A stretch of 64,000 nucleotides of DNA from NCBI GenBank assembly GCA_027338645.1, contig DAHWSH010000024.1, positions 12,055-76,054 of the forward strand. Reading direction: 5' to 3'. A program made the translations under genes and the position numbers. Positions 37,812 to 46,474 of this stretch are shown here, piece by piece. Each line of letters starts with the position of its first letter. The stretch's first letter is position 1. This DNA is from Pseudomonadota bacterium. GTDB taxonomy: Bacteria > Pseudomonadota > Gammaproteobacteria > JAKAQQ01. Below the pieces are notes generated by a model. It was not told the origin of the DNA and made no database searches. It saw only the letters and a list, made by a program, of their open reading frames with translations.

Positions 37812-40456
37812 TCCGGAGCCGGATGATCCACGGGCTGTTTCCTGTCAGGAAGCAGGGAGAGAATTGCCGGGAGCGCCACCAGGGTGGACACGAGAACCCA
37901 CGCCATCACGATGCTCAAGGTCTGGCCCAGAATCGAGATCCCTCGGTCGGAGGAGAGGGCCAGGCTTCCGAAGGCACTGAGGGTGGCCAGACCGCTGACC
38001 AGAATTCCGCGGGCTGTGCTGGTTCCCAGCACGAGGTCCAGGTCATAACCTTCCCGCCATCGCACGATGAAATAGATGCCATAAGCCACACTGAGCCCCA
38101 TGAGCAGGGGCAAAACGATGATATTGGCCATATTGTAGGAGATGCCCCAAAGTCTCATTGTGGCGCTGGCCAGGAGAATGGTCAAGATCATGGGAGCGAG
38201 GGCGAGCACGGTATGTCGGATATCCCGGAGTACCCAGAACAAAAGGAGAAGGATCCCCACAAAGGCCGTGACGGTGGCCTGCCGGAAAGCACCGAGCACG
38301 GCATTGCCGCCGTCGACGAGCATGACCGGGGTTCCAATCGCACGCGGGGCCGCCTCGGTGACTTGGCGCACGAAGTGGCGCAGGAGATCGAGATGGTTCA
38401 GGTTTAAGCGGGAAAAAACCTGGACACGGGCGATGCCGTGCCGGTTGAGATAGCGTGTCCGCAAGCTTGTCGGCAGGCGGGCCAGGGTGACCGGTTGGGC
38501 CTGGAAAGCCTCCTCAAGCTGATGGAGCGCAGTGGGGAAGGAGCCCATGAGATTTGTTTCGAGGAGATTCCAACGGGGTTCCTGACGAATGGGGAGGCGC
38601 AAAAACTGTTCGAGGATCCCCCGGAGTTGCGCGAGTGGTCTGGCCAGTTGACTGAGTTTACCGGTGAGATGGATTCGTCCGGTGGCTTTAAGAAAATCAT
38701 GGATGCTTTGGCGGGATTGGGCTGGTTGCGTCGGGGACGTTCGGGCCTGCATGAAGAAAGGTGGGAACAAAAGTGCCGCTTGCCTGATCCAGGCCAGTTT
38801 GCGGTGCTGGTGGCTCGGAATAAAACTGGCCGCACTCACGGTCATCCGGACAGTGGGGAGGTGATCCAGGCGCTTTTGGAGCTGCCGGGCCGCGGCCAGT
38901 CCGGGTTCCATCACATCGATGCTGTAGGGCGAAAACCGGCTCCGGGCAACCAGTTGCCGGAACGTCCGAACAGGGGCAGAGTTCGGATTTTCGAGGTTCA
39001 GGGGATTGAAATCGAAACGCACCTGGGTCACGAAATAGACGGCGGCTAGACCGAGAACCAGGAAAAGACCGCTGATCCAGGGCCCGTTCCGCCGGACATG
39101 AAGGAACCGTCCGATCCGTAACCTGGGCCGTGGAGGACCGGCACGCACGCCGAAGGTTTGGACCAGAGCGGGCAGGAGGGTGAGGGTTGCAGCCAGGGAG
39201 ATAAACATGCTGACCCCGGCGATGAGGCCGAGGCTGATAATTCCGGCGTATTGAGTCGGTACAAACGAGAAAAAGCTGATTGCCGCAGCCAGGGCGGCCA
39301 GCGATAGGGGCAGTCCCATCGAGAGGACCGTTCGTTCCAGTGCCGAACTGATTCCGGGATTGCTCTGGGACTCCTCCAGGTAGCGGATCGAGAATTGGAT
39401 CCCGAAGTCCACACCCAAGCCAATAAACAGGACCGCAAAGGAGATCGAAATCAGATTGAACGGGCCCAAGGCAACCAGGGCGAAGGCTACAGTCCAGACC
39501 AGGCTCACAAGCAGCGTGAGAAGAACCGCGAGGACCGGTTTCAGTCGGCGCAATCCAAGGAGAAGGATGGTAATGATGGCCAGGAGGGACAGCAGGGTGG
39601 CGAAATCGATACCGGAAGTGGCCGAATGCAACTGGGCATCGTCCAGAACCGCTCCTCCAGTGAGTCCGATGTGGAGAGGAGTCCGAGCCCTGGATTCCAG
39701 CCGAGAGATTTCGTATTGGAGACGGTCGATAGCCGTTTCATAAGGTCTCAAGGCACCCGGGACGGCTCTCGGCTTCACGATCAGAATTGCAGAAGGGCGG
39801 GGTGTCTCTTGGGCCTTTCCTCGTCCAGCAAGCAACCGGCTCCAGGGGAGCGGATGGGCATGTCCTCGCAGGGTGGCCTGCACGGATTCGCTCACGAGAT
39901 CAAGCAGGCGGGCATATTGGGGAGAGAGCGGGGCAAGCGTCCGGAGATGGTCAAATGAGCGGGTCAACATCGAAAAAAAGCCGGAGGCTGTGGGATCCAG
40001 GGCCAGATGGGCCACTACGGGTTCTGCACGGTCGATCCGATCCAGCAGTTTTCTGAGCCGGACAGAAGAGAGGTAAAGCAGCCCGTTTTTCCGAAAGAAG
40101 GACCCCCCCCCCGGTTGATACAGGTCGTGATAGAGCGCGGGATGACGATTCAACCAGAGCTTGAGCGCATGGGTGCTCTGTTGCAGTGTCTTTGCTTGGG
40201 CAGCACGCACCACCACGACGATGGTTTCATGGACAGCCGGGAAGTCACGATGGTATTCACGATCCAGTTCGTGATAGGGGAGATGCTTCGCCAACAGATC
40301 GGTCATGTTGGTGTCGATCTTGAAACGGGTGATCGTGATGACCACGGATAGAACCGTCAGCAGTCCAGCCAGCAAAAGAACCACGGAAGCCGATCGGCTG
40401 CACTGCCGAACGACCCGGGCCAGTAAGTGGGCATAGCTTCGGTTCAGTTTACGCAA
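37808..40456 (-). CDS. hpnN: Hopanoid RND/MMPL transporter HpnN
   Basis: FFRKNGLLYL, FAVLFIGLGVDFGIQF, FDFNPLNLENP, ANIIVLPLL; 12 TM. Confidence 0.9.
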   Translation of the reverse strand: MRKLNRSYAHLLARVVRQCSRSASVVLLLAGLLTVLSVVITITRFKIDTNMTDLLAKHLPYHELDREYHRDFPAVHETIVVVVRAAQAKTLQQSTHALKLWLNRHPALYHDLYQPGGGSFFRKNGLLYLSSVRLRKLLDRIDRAEPVVAHLALDPTASGFFSMLTRSFDHLRTLAPLSPQYARLLDLVSESVQATLRGHAHPLPWSRLLAGRGKAQETPRPSAILIVKPRAVPGALRPYETAIDRLQYEISRLESRARTPLHIGLTGGAVLDDAQLHSATSGIDFATLLSLLAIITILLLGLRRLKPVLAVLLTLLVSLVWTVAFALVALGPFNLISISFAVLFIGLGVDFGIQFSIRYLEESQSNPGISSALERTVLSMGLPLSLAALAAAISFFSFVPTQYAGIISLGLIAGVSMFISLAATLTLLPALVQTFGVRAGPPRPRLRIGRFLHVRRNGPWISGLFLVLGLAAVYFVTQVRFDFNPLNLENPNSAPVRTFRQLVARSRFSPYSIDVMEPGLAAARQLQKRLDHLPTVRMTVSAASFIPSHQHRKLAWIRQAALLFPPFFMQARTSPTQPAQSRQSIHDFLKATGRIHLTGKLSQLARPLAQLRGILEQFLRLPIRQEPRWNLLETNLMGSFPTALHQLEEAFQAQPVTLARLPTSLRTRYLNRHGIARVQVFSRLNLNHLDLLRHFVRQVTEAAPRAIGTPVMLVDGGNAVLGAFRQATVTAFVGILLLLFWVLRDIRHTVLALAPMILTILLASATMRLWGISYNMANIIVLPLLMGLSVAYGIYFIVRWREGYDLDLVLGTSTARGILVSGLATLSAFGSLALSSDRGISILGQTLSIVMAWVLVSTLVALPAILSLLPDRKQPVDHPAPE

Positions 40457-40482
40457 GAGGAATCATCCAGTTTGTCGTCGGG

Positions 40483-41331
40483 TCAGAGACTGGCATGGAA
40501 AGTTGTCGTGCGAAAACCCTGTTCGACGAGAGCTTTGGCCACACGTCGATCCAGGAGGGCATTCTGCTCACGGACTGCGGGTGAGTCGAGATGTGTCGAC
40601 ATCCGGTTGCCGGTGGCGGGATGAAAATAAATCTCCCCCAAGCCATCCGGGAGCTGGGGGATGGCCATCAAAAGCACTTCGGCGGTCATTTGCCCCGTTG
40701 CACTGAGGCCAAATAGGTAATCATTGTGGTGGAGACCTTGTCGCTCGATCCGGCGAGCCATGGTTCGGACGATGGGCGAGAGCAGGAGGGGTTGGAGCTT
40801 TCCCAGACCACGCCCCAGCTGAAGTCCGAGTTGCCACGGCTCAAGGGGCAGGCGCAGGCTCCGCATGCCATGATCGGGACCGATTTGAAGAAGCAGATCC
40901 AAAAGGGTCGGGTGGCAATGAAAATGCTTGTGGACATTGACATGATCAAGTGGTAGGCCCGTAGCAGAAAAGCGCCTGAACTGGGCTTCGATCTCATGGG
41001 CGAGTTGATGTCTTTGACTGGCTGAAAAACGATAGGCCAAACTGCTTGCCAACATCCGGTTCGTCAGGTTGCCATGCCGATCGACGAGGTCGGGAATCCG
41101 ATCCCGGGGAGCGCTGGCCCGGCCGTGGCAGAGTACGAGATGCAGGCCAACGGCCAAGGTGGGCAGACTCCGGGCACGACGGACGGCATCCTCCGTGGCA
41201 TCGGCATTGACCATGAGACTGGCTGCAGTCAATGCGCCTTCCCGGTGCGTTTTTTCAACTGCTTCATTGATCTCGGAACGACACCCGAAGTCATCCGCGG
41301 TCAGGATGATCCATCGATTGGAAGAGGGCAT
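40483..41331 (-). CDS. hpnK: Hopanoid deacetylase HpnK (YdjC/ChbG family)
   Basis: ILTADDFG, LTAASLMV, GLHLVL, DHVNVHKHFHCHP, EIYFHPA. Confidence 0.9.
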   Translation of the reverse strand: MPSSNRWIILTADDFGCRSEINEAVEKTHREGALTAASLMVNADATEDAVRRARSLPTLAVGLHLVLCHGRASAPRDRIPDLVDRHGNLTNRMLASSLAYRFSASQRHQLAHEIEAQFRRFSATGLPLDHVNVHKHFHCHPTLLDLLLQIGPDHGMRSLRLPLEPWQLGLQLGRGLGKLQPLLLSPIVRTMARRIERQGLHHNDYLFGLSATGQMTAEVLLMAIPQLPDGLGEIYFHPATGNRMSTHLDSPAVREQNALLDRRVAKALVEQGFRTTTFHASL

Positions 41332-41452
41332 TGCCACCGCGCCGGCCTGGAATGTCGGTTCAGATTTCACGGAAGGACACGAGGGATTCCGACCTTGCCG
41401 GCAAAGCCCGTTCACTCATCCCGGAGTCCCGTGCCACGCCCGGATGAAATAG

Positions 41453-42880
41453 TCAGGAGGCTTGTTGCCGTTCTTGCAGGAAGTGGAAAAATTCCACGCC
41501 TTCCCGCAGACGGCGTTTCATCATCTCGGGGCTCTTCAACATCTCCCAGACCAACTCTGCCACCTTGCTCGGACGAAAATAAAAGCGCTTATAAAAGCGG
41601 GCCAGGGAATCAAAAATCTCCTGGTGCGAGAGGTCAGGATAGCTGAGCGGACTCAACTGAAATCCGTTTCCGGAAACCAGGTGGTCTTGTTCCTGGGCCG
41701 TGAGCCAGCCATTTTCCATCGCCTCCCGGTAAAGCCGGGTTCCGGGGTAGGGTGCAGCGAGGGAAACCTGGATCGTGTGGGGATTGATTTCCTGGGCGTA
41801 CCGAATGGTCTCCTCGATCGTTTCGCGGGTTTCTCCGGGCAGGCCGAGAATGAACGTTCCATGGATCGTCACGCCGAGCTTCCGGCAATTCCGGCTGAAT
41901 TCGCGAGCAATATCGGTCCGAAGCCCTTTCTTGATATTAAACAGGATCTCCTGGTTTCCGGACTCATAACCCACGAGTAAAAGCCGGAGTCCATTGTCCC
42001 GCATGATCTTGAGGGTTTCGTAGGGGACATTGGCCTTGGCGTTACATGACCAGGTGACACCCAGTTTTCCCAACCCGCGGGCAATGGCTTCCACACGGGG
42101 TTTGAAATCGGTGAAGGTATCGTCATCAAAGAAGATTTCCTTGACCTGGGGAAAATTCTGCTGAATGTAGCGAACCTCCTCGAGAACATTCTCCGGGCTG
42201 CGAACCCGGTACCGGTGGCCCCCGATCGTTTGCGGCCACAGGCAGAAGGTGCATTTGGAGCGACAACCCCGTCCGGTATAGAACGACACGTAGGGGTGTT
42301 GGAGATAGCCGATAAAGTACTTCTCGATGGTGAGATCCCGTTTATAAACGGTCGATACAAAAGGCAACGCATCCATGTTTTCAATGATGGCACGACCCGG
42401 ATTATGGTGGATCTGCCCTCGTTCGTCCCGGAAACTCACGCCGTCCACTTCGGCCAAGGGACGGCCCTCGGCAATTTCCTGGATGGTGTAATCGAACTCT
42501 TCGCGCGCGACGAAATCGATCCGGGGAGAAGCCTCGAGGGACGATTCGGGTTCCACGGCAACTTTAGCCCCGACCAGGCCGACCAGGATCCGGGGATTGC
42601 GTTCCTTGAAGGCCTCGACCAGTTTGACGTCACCCGGAAAGGAAGGCGAACTTGTGTAAATCACGAGCAATTCATAATCTCCGGCCAACCGCAGCACATC
42701 CTCGGCTGTCAGATCCTCTGCCGGTGCGTCGATCAGCCGACTGTCCGGGACCAGGGCTGCCGGTTGAGCCAGCCAGGTGGGATACCAGAACGACCGAATC
42801 TCGCGCCGCGCCTGGTAGCGTGCGCCGGCACCGCCATCAAAGCCTTCGTAAGACGGGGGGTTCAAGAACAGAGTTTTCAT
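41453..42880 (-). CDS. hpnJ: Radical SAM hopanoid enzyme HpnJ
   Basis: MKTLFLNPPSYEGFDGGAGARYQ, CRSKCTFC, FFDDDTFT, HTIQVSLAAPYPGT. Confidence 0.95.
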   Translation of the reverse strand: MKTLFLNPPSYEGFDGGAGARYQARREIRSFWYPTWLAQPAALVPDSRLIDAPAEDLTAEDVLRLAGDYELLVIYTSSPSFPGDVKLVEAFKERNPRILVGLVGAKVAVEPESSLEASPRIDFVAREEFDYTIQEIAEGRPLAEVDGVSFRDERGQIHHNPGRAIIENMDALPFVSTVYKRDLTIEKYFIGYLQHPYVSFYTGRGCRSKCTFCLWPQTIGGHRYRVRSPENVLEEVRYIQQNFPQVKEIFFDDDTFTDFKPRVEAIARGLGKLGVTWSCNAKANVPYETLKIMRDNGLRLLLVGYESGNQEILFNIKKGLRTDIAREFSRNCRKLGVTIHGTFILGLPGETRETIEETIRYAQEINPHTIQVSLAAPYPGTRLYREAMENGWLTAQEQDHLVSGNGFQLSPLSYPDLSHQEIFDSLARFYKRFYFRPSKVAELVWEMLKSPEMMKRRLREGVEFFHFLQERQQAS

Positions 42881-42914
42881 GCATCCTCCGCGCGGTCAAT
42901 GCCCGCGTCAGGGG

Positions 42915-44054
42915 TTATGGATCCGGGTCATGGACCGGGTTGATCCCATCTCCCCGTCCAACCGTGAGCTTTTGGCCTTTCCAACGCACCTGCCGTGAGA
43001 AAAATGCCGCTACCCATTCCGTGAGCGTCAGGAAATCGCGGATCGGAACCAGCCCGACCGGGCCTGCCTCCACGCCCAGGCACCGTGCTGATCGATAATG
43101 TAGCATAAGACGCAGGGCCACGGCCATGCTGACCCAGGGAATGGCCAACCATCCGGCACCCAAGGCCAACATGATGGCCCCCCCCAGGATGAGGGGCGAA
43201 CCCCAACTGACCCAGAAAAAAGCAAACCCCCAAGGGTCGACAAAGCGGATGGTCCTCAGCCAGCGCAGTTCGTGTCTCCACAAGGCCGAGGGGGTGTTTT
43301 CGGTGACTCGAGTCTGGACGGCGAACGGGGCCAGCACGACTTCCAGCCCCTGTTTGCGGACGAGTTCACCCAGGCGGTAATCGTCGGCCAGACTATCCGC
43401 GAAAGCCCCAAATCCACCGATGTGATCGAGTGTCTCCCGTCTCAGGGCCAAGGTCGCACCAAATGCGAAAGCCCGCGAGCCGAGCAGCCAGGCGACCCAG
43501 ACGGAAGGTGCAAATCCGTCATCGATGAAGAGTTTGCCAAGCCGCTCCCAGAAAGTGTGTCCGCTCCAGCCTCCATAGAGACAGGTCACGAGTCCATTCC
43601 GATCGTCCCCGAGAGGGGGGACGAGACGGCGCAAATAGTCCGGGGGGGCAAGGATATCGCTGTCGGAGATGACGATCCAGCGATGCCGCGCGAAGGGGTA
43701 GAGGTTGTGAAGGTTGTTGACCTTGGGGTTGGCGCCGATCCGTTCCTGCGAGATCACGGTCCGGATCATCCGATCCGGATGGGAAAGGCGGAGTTGCTCA
43801 ACCACGGCAAGTGCCGGATCCTCGGAGTCTGCCAGTCCAAAGAGGAGCTCATAGTCCGGGTAATCCTGGTTGCAAAAGGAACGGAGGCAGGCTTCGAGCC
43901 CGGGCTCATGTCCGTGGAGCGGTTTCAAGATCGAGACCGGAAGAAGCGAGGCCGGGGCCACACCCGTTTTTGTCCAGCGGGACATGGCCAGCATGCTCGC
44001 GAATGCGTATACCGAGGGGAGTCCGAGTAGGATCAGCCCCACTAAGCTAAGCAT
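42915..44054 (-). CDS. hpnI: Bacteriohopanetetrol GlcNAc transferase HpnI (GT2/GT21-like)
   Basis: PVSILKPLHG, NPKVNNL, SDSD, LADDYRLG, HELRWLRT. Confidence 0.9.
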   Translation of the reverse strand: MLSLVGLILLGLPSVYAFASMLAMSRWTKTGVAPASLLPVSILKPLHGHEPGLEACLRSFCNQDYPDYELLFGLADSEDPALAVVEQLRLSHPDRMIRTVISQERIGANPKVNNLHNLYPFARHRWIVISDSDILAPPDYLRRLVPPLGDDRNGLVTCLYGGWSGHTFWERLGKLFIDDGFAPSVWVAWLLGSRAFAFGATLALRRETLDHIGGFGAFADSLADDYRLGELVRKQGLEVVLAPFAVQTRVTENTPSALWRHELRWLRTIRFVDPWGFAFFWVSWGSPLILGGAIMLALGAGWLAIPWVSMAVALRLMLHYRSARCLGVEAGPVGLVPIRDFLTLTEWVAAFFSRQVRWKGQKLTVGRGDGINPVHDPDP

Positions 44055-44302
44055 GAATTCCCCGTGCCGATCACCTTTCAATGACACTATACCAATGCAC
44101 GGCGAGAACGGGGATAGGCTGGTCGGATCCTCTTTCGGTCGGGCGCCGCGCTTCCAGTACAATGAGCGCAAGCATTTCACGGATTACGCAGGTCCATGAA
44201 AAAACCGTCAACTCTCGGATGTCCATCCGGCTCGGGGGAGTGTCGAAACGCACTCTGCCGGACAATTTGATTTTGGGTTGAGCGGGGAGAGGAGCAGTGG
44301 CC

Positions 44303-45292
44303 ATGCGGGTTTTGCTCACCGGAGCGAGCGGATTTGTCGGTTCTGCCGTCCTGAGGCAGCTTTTGGAACACCATTACGAAGTACGGATCCTGCTTCGCCC
44401 CACGAGCTCCCGCGCCAACCTCATGGGGCTGGATGCGGAACTGGTCGAAGGGGATCTGCTCGATCCAGACTCACTGATCCGGGCTTGCCGGGGTTGCCAG
44501 GTTTTCTTTCATGTGGCTGCGGATTACCGTTTGTGGACACGGGAACCTGGCCTGCTTCAACGGACCAATGTCGAAGGAACGCGGAATGCCCTGAATGCCG
44601 CAGTGGAAAATCGGATCGACCGGTTCGTCTACACGAGCAGTGTCGCCACACTCGGTCTTCATCCGGATGGGCGGCCCGCCGATGAAGATACGCCGAGTGA
44701 CCTCGCGTCGATGATCGGCCCCTACAAACGTTCCAAGTTCAAGGCAGAAGAACTGGTCAGAGAGTGGGTTCAGGCCGGTCGATTGGATGCGGTCACCGTG
44801 AACCCCTCGACTCCGGTCGGTCCGCGCGACATCAAGCCAACCCCGACAGGCCGGATGGTGCGCGATTCAGCCCTGGGTCACACGCCGGCTTATGTCGATA
44901 CGGGTCTCAATGTCGTGCATGTCGATGATGTGGCGTTGGGGCATCTTCAGGCTCTCGAGCATGGCCGCACGGGTGAACGTTATATCTTGGGCGGGGAAAA
45001 CCTGACACTCCATGAACTCTTGGCGGAAGTGTCACGCTGTGTGCACCGCTCTCCGCCTCGCGTGAGACTTCCCCTGAGACCGCTCTGGCCACTTGCCCTG
45101 GCCGCGGAAGCCTGGGGCCAGGCAACCGGACACGAACCCCGCCTGACGAGGGATACCCTCGCGATGGCACGGAAAAAAATGTACTTCTCAAGTGCCAAGG
45201 CAGAATCCGAGCTGGGATACCGGCATCGTCCGGCCCCGATGGCTATCCGGGATGCGGTCCAGTGGTTTCTTGGACATGATGTCGCCGAATGA
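44303..45292 (+). CDS. hpnA: Hopanoid-associated NAD-dependent epimerase/dehydratase HpnA
   Basis: LTGASGFVG, FHVAADYRLW, YKRSK, NPSTPVGPRDIKPTPTG, MYFSSAKA. Confidence 0.93.
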   Translation: MRVLLTGASGFVGSAVLRQLLEHHYEVRILLRPTSSRANLMGLDAELVEGDLLDPDSLIRACRGCQVFFHVAADYRLWTREPGLLQRTNVEGTRNALNAAVENRIDRFVYTSSVATLGLHPDGRPADEDTPSDLASMIGPYKRSKFKAEELVREWVQAGRLDAVTVNPSTPVGPRDIKPTPTGRMVRDSALGHTPAYVDTGLNVVHVDDVALGHLQALEHGRTGERYILGGENLTLHELLAEVSRCVHRSPPRVRLPLRPLWPLALAAEAWGQATGHEPRLTRDTLAMARKKMYFSSAKAESELGYRHRPAPMAIRDAVQWFLGHDVAE

Positions 45293-45388
45293 AAATCCAG
45301 TGAGGGGAGAGTAAACTGTACGGGTGAGCTGGGTGCGCGCGGCCCTCCATGAAAATGAACGCATCAAGAACCGAGATGAGGTTGGATC

Positions 45389-46474
45389 ATGTTTGACGAA
45401 CGGCCCTCACGGGAAGCGGTGGACTTTCAGAATGAAATCCTCGGCCGCGTTTCGCGAACCTTCGCCCTCACGATCCCGGAACTGCCCTCAGAGTTGGGGC
45501 TGGTGGTCGGCAATGCTTACCTCCTGTGCCGCATCGCCGACACCATCGAGGACGAACCCCAGCTCCCTGCTGAGCGAAAAAGCGAGTTTCATCGGGATCT
45601 CAACCGGGTCCTGTCCGGCCAGGAGGATGTCAATGCCTTCACGTTGCGGATCTCCTCGGCATTGAGACATGCCACGGCATCCGAGAAGGAACTCGTCCAA
45701 CAGCTACCCCGTGTCATCCAGGTAACCGCAAGCACGCAGGTTGCCGTCCGCGAGACAGTCGTCCGATGTCTCCGCATCATGTGCGAGGGGATGCCATTTT
45801 TCCAGCGTACGGTGAGTCTTCAGGGCCTACCTAACCTGGACGAGCTCGATCGGTACTGCTATTACGTGGCCGGCGTGGTTGGCGAAATGCTGACTGACCT
45901 TTTCTGCCTTCATTCCGACGTGATTGCCGCCCGTCGTTCCCAACTGATGCCTCTGGCCGTCTCTTTTGGCCAGAGCCTGCAGATGACAAATATTCTCAAG
46001 GATTTCTGGGAAGATCGGGCACACGGAACCTGCTGGTTGCCTCGTGATGTGTTCGCTCGGGCGGGATGCGATCTGGCGACCGTGCAACCCAATCGCCCGA
46101 ATCCCGGATTTCATCCGGCGATGCAGCAATTGGTGGCAGTTGCGATGCAGCATCTCAACAATGCGTTGAGCTATTCCCTCCTCATTCCAAAAAAGGAAAC
46201 CGGCATTCGGCGTTTTTGTCTCTGGGCCATCGGCTTTGCCGTCCTGTCCCTGCGCAAGCTCAACCAGTCACCGGACTTTACGTCAGGCAAAGAGGTCAAG
46301 ATTTCCCGGCGGGCTGTCCGTGCGGTCACGCGGGCCGTCCATTTCTCGGTTCGGAATGACTTGACATTACACTGGTTTTTCCGACTGGCCAGCCGAGGAT
46401 TGCCGAATCGCCCGGTGGATCTTTGTCCCGTGACTCCGCTTGACGGAAAGCCTCACTGGTCCCAGACCGATTGA
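45389..46474 (+). CDS. Squalene synthase (single-enzyme farnesyl-diphosphate farnesyltransferase type)
   Basis: VSRTFA, YLLCRIADTIEDE, YCYYVAGVVG, LQMTNILKD, IRRFCLWA, VKISR; immediately before shc. Confidence 0.85.
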   Translation: MFDERPSREAVDFQNEILGRVSRTFALTIPELPSELGLVVGNAYLLCRIADTIEDEPQLPAERKSEFHRDLNRVLSGQEDVNAFTLRISSALRHATASEKELVQQLPRVIQVTASTQVAVRETVVRCLRIMCEGMPFFQRTVSLQGLPNLDELDRYCYYVAGVVGEMLTDLFCLHSDVIAARRSQLMPLAVSFGQSLQMTNILKDFWEDRAHGTCWLPRDVFARAGCDLATVQPNRPNPGFHPAMQQLVAVAMQHLNNALSYSLLIPKKETGIRRFCLWAIGFAVLSLRKLNQSPDFTSGKEVKISRRAVRAVTRAVHFSVRNDLTLHWFFRLASRGLPNRPVDLCPVTPLDGKPHWSQTD

